Below are positions 13,702 through 26,200 of a stretch of 64,000 nt of DNA, one piece after another (within the stretch, counting starts at the first letter, position 1; each line of letters starts with the position of its first letter). Both the position numbers and the translations under genes were made by a program. The notes under the pieces are model-generated. The model was not told the DNA's origin and did not search any database. It worked only from the letters and a program-made list of their open reading frames with translations. Origin of the DNA: Macrostomum lignano (Eukaryota); NCBI GenBank assembly GCA_002269645.1, contig NIVC01000275.1, positions 1-64,000 of the forward strand, read 5' to 3'.

Positions 13702-16700
13702 ATGGGGAACTGCGCGTCGGCCTCTGCCGAGGATATTGAGGATTCTGTGGAGCTGAGGGTGAAGAAGCTGCTGACACCCGGCGGCAAGAGGGGCAAGCGG
13801 AAAAGGTGAGCGCGGGCTCGGGAGTAGCCAGGATTGTGGGCGCCTGCAGCTGTGGGTTGGAGGATGGAAGCAATGGGATAAAGGATGCAAGCAATGGGAT
13901 AAAGGGTGGAAGCAGTGGGTTGGAGGGTGGAAGCAGTGGATTGGAGGGTGGAAGCAATAGGATAAAGGATGGAAGCAGTAGGATAAAGGATGGAAGCAAT
14001 GAGATAAAGGATGGAAGCAGTAGGATAAAGGATGGAAGCAGTAGGATAAAGGATGGAAGCAGTAGGATAAAGGATGGAAGCAGTAGGATAAAGGATGGAA
14101 GCAGTAGGATAAAGGATGGAAGCAGTAGGATAAAGGATGGAAGCAGTAGGATAAAGGATGGAAGCAGTAGGATAAAGGATGGAAGCAGTAGGATAAAGGA
14201 TGGAAGCAGTAGGATAAAGGATGGAAGCAGTAGGATAAAGGATGGAAGCAGTAGGATAAAGGATGGAAGCAGTGGGTTGGAGGCTGGATTAAGCAGTAAG
14301 GAGGAAGTGACGTCCATGAGTAATAAAAATGAGCAAAAATAATCAGACAGTCTTCCAGTCACTCCAGATCAAATTCGTAATGGCTCAAACATGCTCGTAC
14401 AACTCCTAACCCTTAGCCATAGCCCTTAACCCTAACCCTAAGAAGCAGAAATCTCAAGACCTGCTTGCGCTCGCCAGAAGGAATAGGGATGCAATTAAAT
14501 GCGAGCCTCTCTGATGCTTGGAGAAAGAAAAAAGGAATGACTTGTTCGTCTACCGCTAAGCACCGGGGAAGCTGCTTCTGGCAATTAAATTGAGAACACA
14601 ATTAAATTTCTGCTTCAGGAAGGAAATTAGCTGCGATAAGGAAGAAATTTTTTGGCGAATAAAAATATCTGGGGTTTAAACTTGCTCTCGCGTACATGTA
14701 TAGGCTGCAAGCTGCGGGAGAAGGGGGACGCATGGGGGTGGAAATCCTCTTAACTTTGCTAGATCTTGCTCATCCCCACTAGACCTCCCTTTCGGATCCC
14801 ACTAGATCTCCCTCTCAGATCCCACTAAACCTCCATCTCAGATCCCACTAGATCCCCTCTCAGATCCCTCTATATCCCCCTCTCAGATCCCACTAGATCC
14901 CCCTCTCAGATCCCTCTATATCCCCTCTCAGATCCCACTAGATCTCCATCTCAGATCCCCACCAGATCTCCCTTTCAACTCTCCATTAGATCCCGAACTC
15001 TCTTGAAACCCCTCTATAACTCCCCACCCGTCGCGCCTCCGCCAGCCGCACCTCCATCCAGCTCAGCGGATTCGCTGACCACGCCAGACGGCTGCTGCAG
15101 ACGAAGGAGGGAGAGGAGGAGCTGGAAAAGCAGCTGGAGCGGCTGAACCTCATCGGCTCGAACTGCGAGCGCCTCATCTTCAGTGTAGAATGCGGCCAGA
15201 GCCTGCGCAACACCCTGAAGAACCGCTACACCAACGTGCTGCCCTACGACTCGAACCGGGTCAAACTGTCCCTGCCGAAACCCTCGGCCGACATGCCAGA
15301 TTTCGACGAGGATTCTGAGGAAAATCTCGATGAGGCGGACTCCGACGAAGGCGGCGGCTGCGAGGACCCGCTGCTGCGGCTGACCAGAGCCCCGTCCGAC
15401 TACGTCAACGCTAGCCCTCTTCGAGTGTCCAATCGCCGGTACATCGCCTGCCAAGGACCTCTGCAGGAGACGCTCGGCCAACATTGGCAGATGATCTGGG
15501 AGTCCGGGGTTCGCCTAGTTGCCATGGTAACGGACTGCGTTGAACAAGGCCGGAGCGCCTGCGCCAAATACTGGCCGGACGAGACTGGGACCAGCGTCTG
15601 CTACGGCCAGTACACAGTTGCTATGGAAACCGAGGAGACGCTAGACGACGGAAACCTGATCCGCCGTGAGCTGACAGTGTCCGTGACCGGCGACTCCAGC
15701 GAGACCCGCCGGCTTCGCCACCTGCAGTATTTGGGCCTGCCGCTGTCGGCGGACTGGTCCGGCCTAGACCCTGCCGGCTTCTGCCGCTTTGCCGCTGAGG
15801 TAGGCGCCACCGCCAGGCCGGACTGGCCGACCGTCGTCCACTGCGACAGCGGCGTCGGCCGGACCGGCGTCCTGCTCTGCCTGCTGTCCTTCAGCATTGA
15901 CGGAGTGCGCGCCAGCCAGCAAGTGGACGTGCCGGCCGCCGTTGTCGGGCTGAGGCTGAGCCGGCCGGGCATGGTGCACAGCAGAGTACGTAGCCTGGGC
16001 CATAGACAGCTGGCCTTGGCCATAGACAGCTAGCCTTGGCCATAGATAGCTGGCCTTGGCCATAGACAGCTAGCCTTGGCCATAGACAACTGGCCTTGAC
16101 CATAGACAGCTAGCCTTGGCCATAGACAACTGGCCTTGGTCATAGACAACTAGCCTTGGTCATAGACAACTGGCCTTGGTCAAAGACAACTGGCCTTGGC
16201 CATAGACAGCTGGCCTTGACCATAGACAACTAGCCTTGGTCATAGACAGCTGGCCTTGACCATAGACAGCTAGCCTTGGCCATAGACAACTGGCCTTGGT
16301 CATAGACAACTAGCCTTGGTCATAGACAACTGGCCTTGGTCAAAGACAACTAGCCTTGGTCATAGACAACTAGCCTTGGTCATAGACAACTAGCCTTGGT
16401 CATAGACAACTGGCCTTGACCATAGACAGCTAGCCTTGGCCATAGACAACTGGCCTTGGTCAAAGACAACTAGCCTTGGTCATAGACAACTGGCCTTGGC
16501 CATAGTCTACGCAATATTGATTAAATTTGCTCTTTAAAACCTTAACAACAGTTTCAGCCTCTCGCTTTAAAAATCCTGCAAATTTGAACTTGTAAATTCG
16601 TTTGGTTAGGAACATAGGCCATTTTATCGGACTCATACTGCATTGTTTCATACATGAGGCGGCATGTAACACCACTGGGAATCGGGAAGCGGAGACCCCA

Positions 16701-18476
16701 ACCCCCGCCAGGCCCCCATAATTGCCAGCACGAGCTTTCACATCTCTCAGCTCTGGCCTGGCGGGCGGTCCCGCACTTACTGTGTTCGCTTTAGGGAGGC
16801 AGAGATCGAGCGAGCATCGAGAGGAGGCTTTCCTAGTTTTTAGCTATATTTGTTGATCGCTCCCTGCCCTGGATCGCAAAGGCCCTGCGGATGTCCCTAG
16901 CTGACCCCACACTTGATCCTGTGGGGGGGCTTTTTCGGCCCACTTAAAAGAGGACGGTCTACTCACTGCGGATTCAGAGTGGTGCTATTTGTCAATGTTG
17001 CTTTTTAATTCAATGAACATTTCTATAGCGGTTGATTCGTATCATGCTACTTATAGCTACTGTTCGGTAAGTAGGCAGTGTAGGCTTTTTTAGGTTGGAG
17101 CTTTAAAAACTTTCAAAAAGATTTCAAATCCACCTGTAAAAGATTATTTGCAAACCGTGGGTTCACATGATTTATGAATTATGATTTTTACATTTCAATT
17201 TGCTGCGCAGAGCCAGCTCGCCTTCGTGTACAAATGCCTGCTGCACAACCTGGTGAAGGAGAACCTGATTTCCGGGACTGCCGGTGATAGGAATGGCCAG
17301 AAATCTGCCGGCTCACTGCAGCTTGATGTCAACGAGGCAGAGGGTGAGTGAGCGAGTGAGTGAGTGAGTGAGGGAGTGAGTGAGTGAGTGAGGGAGGGAG
17401 GGAGTGAGTGAGTGAGTGAGTGAGAGAGAGTGAGCGAGTGAGTGAGTGAGTGAGTGAGTGAGCGAGTGAGTGAGTGAGTGAGTGAGCGAGTGAGCGAGTG
17501 AGGGAGTGAGTGAGGGAGTGAATGAGTGAGTGAGAGAGAGTGAGCGAGTGAGTGAGTGAGTGAGTGAGTGAGCGAGTGAGTGAGTGAGTGAGTGAGAGAG
17601 AGTGAGTGAGTGAGTGAGTGAGAGAGAGTGAGTGAGTGAGTGAGAGAGAGCGAGTGAGTGAGTGAGTGAGAGAGAGTGTGTGAGTGAGCGAGTGAGAGAG
17701 AGTGAGTGAGTGAGAGAGAGTGAGTGAGTGAGTGAGAGAGAGTGAGTGAGTGAGTGAGTGAGTGAGAGAGAGTGAGTGAGTGAGAGAGAGTGAGTGAGTG
17801 AGTGAGAGAGAGTGAGTGAGTGAGTGAGTGAGTGAGTGAGAGAGAGTGAGTGAGTGAGTGAGTGAGAGAGAGTGAGTGAGTGAGTGAGAGAGAGTGAGTG
17901 AGTGAGTGAGTGAGAGAGAGTGTGTGATTGAGCGAGTGAGAGAGAGTGAGCGAGTGAGAGAGAGTGAGTGAGTGAGAGAGAGTGAGTGAGTGAGTGAGAG
18001 TGAGTGAGTGAGTGAGTGAGAGAGAGTGAGTGAGTGAGTGTGTGAGTGAGCGAGTGAGTGAGTGAGTGAGTGAGTGAGTGAGTGTGTGTGTGAGTGAGCG
18101 AGTGAGTGAGTGAATGAGTGAGTGAGGGAGTGAGTGAGTGAGTGAGATTAGTGAGTGAGTGAGTGAGTGAGTGACTGAGTGAGAGTGAGTGAGTGAGAGT
18201 GAGTGAGTGAGTGGGTGAGTGCAGAGTGAGTGGGTGGGTGAATGAGTGGGTGGGTGGGTGAGTGAATTATTGAGTGGGTGATTGAATGAGTGGGTGAGTG
18301 CGGAGTGAGTGGGTGGGTGAGTGAGTAGTGTTTTCATGATAAATTTTATGAGTTCGTGAGTTCATGAGTTCATGCGTATGTTTGATTTGAGTGCATGAAT
18401 TCTTTCATGAGTGACTGCCTGTCACCGCATTTCAGACTTTGGAGAGGCCGACAGTCCAGCTGTTAACGATGACTGA
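13702..18476 (+). CDS. Non-receptor single-domain protein tyrosine phosphatase with N-terminal MGNC; exons 13702-13805, 15046-15985, 17211-17343, 18436-18476
   Basis: KNRYTNVLPYD, YVNAS, YIACQGPL, WQMIWE, CAKYWP, VVHCDSGVGRTG and RPGMVHSRSQLAFVY motifs. All three introns are GT-AG with matching phases (2, 0, 1). Confidence 0.88.
13860..14275. repeat. Intronic tandem repeat, 21-bp unit (aggataaaggatggaagcagt)
   Basis: PTP intron 1; visible periodicity. Confidence 0.95.
14770..14990. repeat. Intronic ~22-bp repeat (ctcagatcccactagatcccct)
   Basis: PTP intron 1, just upstream of the acceptor at 15045. Confidence 0.85.
15996..16505. repeat. Intronic tandem repeat, 20-bp unit (catagacagctggccttggc)
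   Basis: About 25 units starting 10 bp after the donor at 15986. Confidence 0.95.
17344..18325. repeat. (GAGT)n compound microsatellite filling PTP intron 3
   Basis: Begins at the donor GTGAGT itself; interspersed GAGA/GAGC variants. Confidence 0.95.
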
Positions 18477-18984
18477 CAGACAGCTGGCGGCCCTGACTGA
18501 CCCCGCCGGTTGAACCAATTGAACTGGTCACTTTCTTCACCCTCGCCCCGCTTTCTAAATAGTTGAGCAGGTCATGCTGTACTCGCATGGCTCAGTGCGC
18601 CGCCCCTGTGTGTACAGAGAAGTATCAATATTCCAGAGATCGCTAACTTCGTGCATCTCTCCATAGCTTCAACTTCAAGATAGTTTTTATACATGTACTT
18701 GACCAACTTTAAAATTGAGAGGCGAATAAATTGATCAAGAAATGGAGCTCGGCGTCGATTTGAACTTCTTTCTTCTACCTGTCATTTACTGTTAATGACC
18801 AACATCTGGTGTTTATTTTCAATGCGTTTCAATGCAAAATTTCAACTGACATATTAGCAAGACAGCGCAGACAGTTTAATCAGAAGGGAATGGAAGTCGT
18901 GGCTTATGATACTGTGAAACAAATATAGGTATCCCAAATTTGAGAATTAAATTGAAATTTAATATACATATAGCATTGCTTCCA

Positions 18985-20210
18985 TGGTAACTTGGTTGAG
19001 TTCCAGGGATACTAGCATGGGTTCCATAGTGACTTGATTGGGTTTCATAAAGACACTGGATTGGGTTCCATAAGGACACTTGATTGGGTTCCATAACGAT
19101 ACTTGATTGGGTTCCATAAAGACACTGGATTGGGTTCCATAAAGACACTTGATTGGTTCCATAAGGACACTTGATTGGGTTCCATAAAGATACTTGATTG
19201 GGTTCCATAAAGATACTTGATTGGGTTCCATAAAGACACTTGATTGGGTTCCATAACGATACTTGATTGGGTTCCATAAGGACACTTGATTGGGTTCCAT
19301 AAAGATACTTGATTGGGTTCCATAAAGATACTTGATTGGGTTCCATAAAGACACTTGATTGGTTCCATAAGGACACTTGATTGGGTTCCATAAGGACACT
19401 TGATTGGGTTCCATAACGATACTTGATTGGGTTCCATAAAGACACTGGATTGGGTTCCATAAAGACACTTGATTGGTTCCATAAGGACACTTGATTGGGT
19501 TCCATAAGGACACTTGATTGGGTTCCATAAAGATACTTGATTGGGTTCCATAAAGACACTTGATTGGGTTCCATAAGGACACTTGATTGGGTTCCATAAG
19601 GACACTTGATTGGGTTCCATAAGGACACTTGATTGGGTTCCAACAGGACGCTTGATTGGGTTCCATAAGACACTGGATTGGGTTCCATAAAGACACTTGA
19701 TTGGGTTCCATAAGGACACTTGATTGGGTTCCATAAGGACGCTTGATTGGGTTCCATAAGACACTGGATTGGGTTCCATAAAGACACTGGATTGGGTTCC
19801 ATAGTCACTTTCTTGGGTTCCATAGTGACCTGATTGGGTTCCATAGTGACGTGATTGGGTTCCATAGTGACCTGATTGGGTTCCATAGTGACCTGATTGG
19901 GTTCCATAAGGACACTTGCTTGGGTTCCATAGTGACCTGATTGGGTTCCATAGTGACGTGATTGGGTTCCATAGTGACGTGATTGGGTTCCATAGTGACC
20001 TGATTGGGTTCCATAGTGACCTGATTGGGTTCCATAGTGACCTGATTGGGTTCCATAAGGACACTTGCTTGGGTTCCATAGTGACGTGATTGGGTTCCAT
20101 AGTGACCTGATTGGGTTCCATAAGGACACTTGCTTGGGTTCCATAGTGACGTGATTGGGTTCCATAGTGACCTGATTGGGTTCCATAGTGACGTGATTCG
20201 GTTCCAGGGA
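18985..20210. repeat. Tandem repeat with 23-bp unit (ttgattgggttccataaggacac) switching to a 21-bp variant (atagtgacctgattgggttcc) at ~19800
   Basis: Directly visible. Confidence 0.95.
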
Positions 20211-20252
20211 TGCTAGATTTATTTAAGAATCCTCTGCATCAAAGGACCAGCA

Positions 20253-20804
20253 TCAACCGTTTGACCACTGCCGCTGCTGTTGCTGCTGCTGCTGCTGTTG
20301 CTGCTCCCGGATTAGCGGGATGCAGAAAGTCCTGGGCGGCCGGACCAGCCGAGGGTGGCTGTTGCCGCAGCTCCCAGCGCTGTTGAGTCTCCCATTGGGC
20401 TCTTCCGCTGCCCGCTGGATGTCGGCCTCCCGCTGGGAGCTCGTCTCGCTGCTGCTGCCGTCCGGGCTCGCCCGATTCGACACCGACGTTGGCAGAGTCG
20501 CTGCGGTTGCCATGACAACGATTGCCGGAGTTAGTAGGTCGGGTGGCTGCGGCCGCTGCTGTGGAGGCTGAGCTGGGCAAGAAGACTCGGCCAGGCCGTC
20601 CCGCTCCCAGGCCTCGTACTGCGCCCGGCTTTGGCACCGGGTCAGCTGCCGAATCCTCTGCCTGATGCAGCACGGATTGGCAAAGGCGTCGTGCAGCTGG
20701 GCGCTGCCGGAGACCCGGCGCTCCAGCACCAGCAGCGCCTCCATGGGGCTAAGGACTCCGGCTGGCTGCATGCCAATTAACGAATTAACGAGTGCCAGAG
20801 GCGC
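20253..20804 (-). CDS. Terminal coding exon of uncertain ownership (172 aa from ATG 20771, ending in polyQ)
   Basis: GC-rich ORF. Acceptor TTTTAG|GCG lies 33 nt upstream of the ATG in an open frame. May be a further exon of the E2F-like gene or a separate gene. Confidence 0.5.
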   Translation of the reverse strand, partial: APLALVNSLIGMQPAGVLSPMEALLVLERRVSGSAQLHDAFANPCCIRQRIRQLTRCQSRAQYEAWERDGLAESSCPAQPPQQRPQPPDLLTPAIVVMATAATLPTSVSNRASPDGSSSETSSQREADIQRAAEEPNGRLNSAGSCGNSHPRLVRPPRTFCIPLIREQQQQQQQQQQRQWSNG

Positions 20805-21699
20805 CTAAAAGCAACTGGAGAAACTCGTCTCTCGCCCCAAGCCTGAGCAGCTTCTATATGCTCGCTGCTTGGCCCTGTACACCTGTGTCTCTCTATCCAT
20901 TTTATTCCCTTATCGCTCGATTATCCCTATTTAGCTCTTGTCCAATCATCGGTAGAGTGTTGGCGAGACACGCGCTCTGTCCGTCCCCACGCGCATCCCA
21001 AACTCCAGCTTTCTTTTTATTTTCTAGCTCCTACCAACCCCCGGCTGTTCCACCCAGCAAAGCAGAGGCAGCTGCAGAAACTTCTCTCACTGCCCCCCCC
21101 CAGTCCCTCACTTTCACTTTTGCATATCAGCAGCTCAGCGGGTTGCGGGCGGTGCCGCAATAAGACAATATTTTGATAACCCGCATGCTGGCCTGTAATT
21201 GTTGAGGACCCCCCCCCGGAACTGTCAATCTGCTGAAATTACAAGGAGCCCCTGCCGATTTAATAGTTAGGACTCTCTCGCGCAGGTTAATTAAATGGTT
21301 CAACTGCGAGGCGCTGGGGATATTAAAGGGTACATTGCTAATGGCTTACAAGCTCTCCAATACTGTCCTTGGCAGCTCGCAGCTGTCAATCAAGCCAGCA
21401 GGTGTTGCATTCTCTATTCAGGAGCTTCAGAGAATTGTTGCTTTTTTCATTACAAATCCCCAAATGTCAATGCAGATTCTAAGTACCTAAGTAGAAAAAC
21501 TATTGGCATTTCAGACACTTCAGGCCTTTTGAGTTTGGGATTTGCGGGACTCTTAAAGGGCTCAGGATTCAGTGCCAGGACCCTGTGAGTGTTGTTGAGC
21601 ATGTACGGCTGGTTTTGAATCTCGATAATTCCTATCAGCGATGCAAATCAAGGACATGCTCCCATGCCAGTTCGTGATTAGGGATTAGGAAATGGTCTT

Positions 21700-22030
21700 T
21701 TGGAATCGGGAAATAGACATTGGGGATCGGGAAATGGACATTGCGAATCGGGAAATGGACATTGGGGATCGGGGAATGGACATTGGGGATCGGGAAATGG
21801 ACATTGCGAATCGGGAAATGGACATTGGGGATCGGGAAATGGACATTGGGGATCGGGAAATGGACATTGGGAATTGGGAAATGGCCTTTGGGAATCGGGA
21901 AATGAACATTGGGAATCGGGAAATAGACATTGAGAATCGGGAAATGGACATTGGGGATCGGGAAATGGACATTGGGAATTGGGAAATGGCCTTTGGGAAT
22001 CGGGAAATGGACATTGGGAATTGGGAAATG
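21700..22030. repeat. Tandem repeat, 18-bp unit (ggaaatggacattggggatc-like)
   Basis: Directly visible. Confidence 0.9.
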
Positions 22031-22399
22031 GCTTTTAAAGTAATCACAGAGTTAGGAAGGGGAACTTATTTCACAGAAAGAGACGAGTAAGAATTGAAAG
22101 ACAAAAACTAAAAAAATTTCTACAAAAGCGCCAGCCAGTGCAAAAGAGGATGCAGCAATATTTATTGAACATAAACAATATGTAAAAAAGTTTCCACAAT
22201 GCAATGCAATCATGTATTGTACTCTAGCGTGATGGTATAAAATATTTTAGCGAATAAAAAGCAAAGAAATTCCCCAAACTGCAGGAAACAAATTGTGGAA
22301 ATCTCAATGCTAAGATGCTTTGCTCTGCGATAAAGCAGTTTACAGGAAAGCACTGCGCGACCTGACCTGGCGTTGCTGAGGATCCACCGGGCTGACACC

Positions 22400-23105
22400 G
22401 CAGCTGTCTGACTCTCAACTACTCACCCATGAGTGCTCCCTGACTCTCGCCCACCCCAAACGCTCTCTGACTCTCACCCACGAGCCATGGTGACTCTCAC
22501 CCACCCCCCCAAACGCTCTCTGACTCTCCCCACCACAAACGCTCTCTGACTCTCACCCACTTTAAACACTCTCTGACTCTCCCCCACCCCAAAAACTCTC
22601 TGACTCTCCCCACCCCAAACACTCTCTGACTCTCACCCACCCCAAACACTCTCTGACTCTCCCCCACCCCAACCACTCTCTGACTCTCACCCACCCCAAC
22701 CACTCTCTGACTCTCACCCACCCCAAACACTCTCTGACTCTCCCCACCCCAAACACTCTGACTCTCACCCTTCCCAACCACTCTCTGACTCTCCCCCACC
22801 CCAAACACTCTCTGACTCTCACCCACCCCAACCACTCTCTGACTCTCCCCCACCCCAACCACTCTCTGACTCTCACCCACCCCAACCACTCTGACTCTCC
22901 CCCACCCCAAACACTCTCTGACTCTCCCCACCCCAAACACTCTCTGACTCTCCCCACCCCAAACACTCTCTGACTCTCCCCACCCCAACCACTCTCTGAC
23001 TCTCACCCACCCCAACCACTCTCTGACTCTCACCCACCCCAAACACTCTCTGACTCTCACCCACCCCAACCACTCTTTGACTCTCACCCACCCAGACGCT
23101 CTGAC
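22400..23105. repeat. C-rich tandem repeat, ~26-bp unit (actctctgactctccccaccccaaac)
   Basis: Directly visible. Confidence 0.9.
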
Positions 23106-23204
23106 TATATTGACCCATTGACAAATACTCGTGACGCAGAAAAAATTGCACGATTAGAAAGAAAGAAAGAATGAACTGACAAAAAGGGAATTTCCTGAAA
23201 AACA

Positions 23205-26200
23205 TCAAGCATTCTGATCAACTCTATTAGATCTAGCCAGGGTAGTTACACGTAGCGGAGCCGAAGTCACGAATCTCTGAGAGTTCAATGAGGTCATGGC
23301 TGCTGACGATTGCGCAGGAGGAGGCGGTCTCTGAGGCGGGAGAAGCGTCGAGCGGACGTAATGAACCCGCGAGCCGCCGCCGCCGCCGCCGCTCTGGCCA
23401 GTCAGCACCACCCGAGTGCACGGGCCGACCTTCTCGTGCTGAGTGGCCGCTAGCAGCTCGCTGAATGTGGCGGCGCTGACCGCGGCCCGGCTGTCCAGCA
23501 CGATTCGCTTGGCTGGCGGAGGCTGCGGCGCCGGCGGATCAGCAGAGGAGGCGGGCGCGGAGGCGCCTGGCGGCGATCGCTTCGGCGAGATTCGCAGCGG
23601 CCCGGCAGCCCGGCGAGACTCCCTGGCAGCGGCGGCGGCCGCGGCGTTCTTGGCCTCGATGGCGTGCCGACAGGGCGCCGGCGGTGGCAGCGTCAGGTTG
23701 AGCCGGACGGGAATGCGGGGCAGCTTCGGCACCAGCGGGCGAAGGTCGACGCTGACTGGCTGCTGGTGCTGCTGCTGGGACTGATGATGAAGCTTCAGCT
23801 GATCGATGGAGGCCAATGTGACTGCCGGCGGCCTGGACGGAGCGGACGAGGAGCTGGAGGATGGACAGGAGGTCTGCTGCTGCTGCTGCTGATGCTGGTG
23901 GTGATGGTGCTGTTGAGACCGGACAGCTTTGATGATGTCGGCAAGGCCGCTTGGAGACGAGAGCACCTGAGGGGCAGGGCGTATAAATTATAACATAGAT
24001 GCATTTTAAATAAGTTACTATGGTAACCAAGCGGCTGCTGAGGCGCAACTTTGGCTACTAGGGTGCCATTTTGGCTACTGAGATGCCATTTTGGTTACTA
24101 GGGTGCCATTTTGGCTACTAGGACGCCATTTTGGTTACTAGGGTGCCATTTTGGTTACTAGGGTGCCATTTTGGCTACTAGGACGCCATTTTGGCTACTG
24201 GAGCGCCATTTTGGTTACTAGGGTGCCATTTTAGCTACTGGAGCGCCATTTTGGTTACTAGGGTGCCATTTTGGCTACTAGGACGCCATTTTGGTTACTA
24301 GGGCGCCATTTTGGCTACTGGAGCGCCATTTTGGCTACTGAGATGCCATTTTAGCTACTGAGATGCCATTTTGGTTACTAGGGTGCCATTTTGGCTACTG
24401 GAGCGCCATTTTGGTTACTAGGGTGCCATTTTGGTTACTAGGGTGCCATTTTGGCTACTAGGACGCCATTTTGGCTACTGGAGCGCCATTTTGGTTACTA
24501 GGGTGCCATTTTAGCTACTGGAGCGCCATTTTGGTTACTAGGGTGCCATTTTGGCTACTAGGACGCCATTTTGGTTACTAGGGCGCCATTTTGGCTACTG
24601 GAGCGCCATTTTGGCTACTGAGATGCCATTTTGGCTACTGAGATGCCATTTTGGTTACTAGGGTGCCATTTTGGCTACTGGAGCGCCATTTTGGTTACTA
24701 GGGTGCCATTTTGGTTACTAGGGTGCCATTTTGGCTACTAGGACGCCATTTTGGCTACTGGAGCGCCATTTTGGTTACTAGGGTGCCATTTTAGCTACTG
24801 GAGCGCCATTTTGGTTACTAGGGTGCCATTTTGGCTACTATGACGCCATTTTGGTTACTAGGGCGCCATTTTGGCTACTGGAGCGCCATTTTGGATACTG
24901 AGATGCCATTTTGGCTACTGAGATGCCATTTAGGTTACTAGGGTGCCATTTTGGCTACTGGAGCGCCATTTTGGTTACTAGGGTGCCATTTTGGCTACTG
25001 GAGCGACATTTTGGTTACTAGGGTGCCATTTTGGCTACTGGGACGCCAGTTTGGTTACTAGGGTGCCATTTTGACTACTGGGACACAATTTTGGCTATTG
25101 GGATGCCAGGTTTGTCCTGTACAACAGCAGAGATATGTAGATCTGCTACAAAATCAAGCTACTAGAAGCTGCTACTCACCACAGCAACTCTCTCCGGACC
25201 AAGAGGCGGCTGGTTGTGAGCAGCCAGTCCCTGGTTTGAGTGCTGCAGTGAAACTGGCGTTGCCGTAGCAGCCGTTGTCGTGACTGGCTTGGGCGGGCTT
25301 GACGCCGCCGAGGCCGCCAGCGTGTGCGCCGGCGAAGGATGATGATGAGGCGGCAGCTGAGGCGGCGGCGCGGAGGCCAGGCTGCCAGCGCCAGACAGCT
25401 GAGTGGCGAAGTCCAGCGGGTCTCTGCGGGATGCGGCAGGGGATCTGGGAGATTAGTGAAGCCAGGCTGGGGATCTGGGAGGTTAGTGGGGATCGGGGAG
25501 ATTAGTGAAGCCAGTCTGGGGATCTGGGAGATTAGTGAAGCCAGTCTGGGGACCTGGGAGATTAGTGAAGCCAGGCTGGGGATCTGTGAGATTAGTGAAG
25601 CCAGTCTGGGGATCTGGGAGATTAGTGAAGCCAGGCTGGGGATCTGTGAGATTAGTGAAGCCAGTCTGGGGATCTGGGAGATTAGTGAAGCCAGTCTGGG
25701 GATCTGGGAGATTAGTGAAGCCAGGCTGGGGATCTGTGAGATTAGTGAAGCCAGTCTGGGGATCTGGGAGATTAGTGAAGCCAGGCTGGGGATCTGTGAG
25801 ATTAGTGAAGCCAGTCTGGGGATCTGGGAGATTAGTGAAGCCAGTCTGGGGATCTGGGAGATTAGTGAAGCCAGGCTGGGGATCTGTGAGATTAGTGAAG
25901 CCAGTCTGGGGATCTGGGAGATTAGTGAAGCCAGTCTGGGGATCTGGGAGATTAGTGAAGCCAGGCTGGGGATCTGTGAGATTAGTGAAGCCAGTCTGGG
26001 GATCTGGGAGATTAGTGAAGCCAGTTTGGGGATCTGTGAGATTAGTGAAGCCAGTCTGGGGATCTGGGAGATTAGTGAAGCCAGTCTGGAAATTTGGGAG
26101 ATTAGTGAAGCCAGGCTGGGAATCTGGGAGCACAGTCGGCCTAAAATAAAGACGCTGAATGTCACAATGCCAACCTGGCCGCCGCAGACTGCAGGCTGCT

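Noticed and set aside
14403-14442. Interstitial telomeric repeat (CCCTAA)
   Set aside because: Only two or three perfect units amid degenerate ones; too short to call.
16460-16741. Minus-strand 93-aa ORF in PTP intron 2
   Set aside because: No recognisable motif, and its end runs into the 20-bp array.
24013-24026. Perfect X-box-like palindrome GTTACTATGGTAAC in an E2F-like intron (and GTTGCCATGGTAAC at ~15518)
   Set aside because: One is adjacent to an array with related sequence and the other lies in PTP coding sequence; there is no promoter context.
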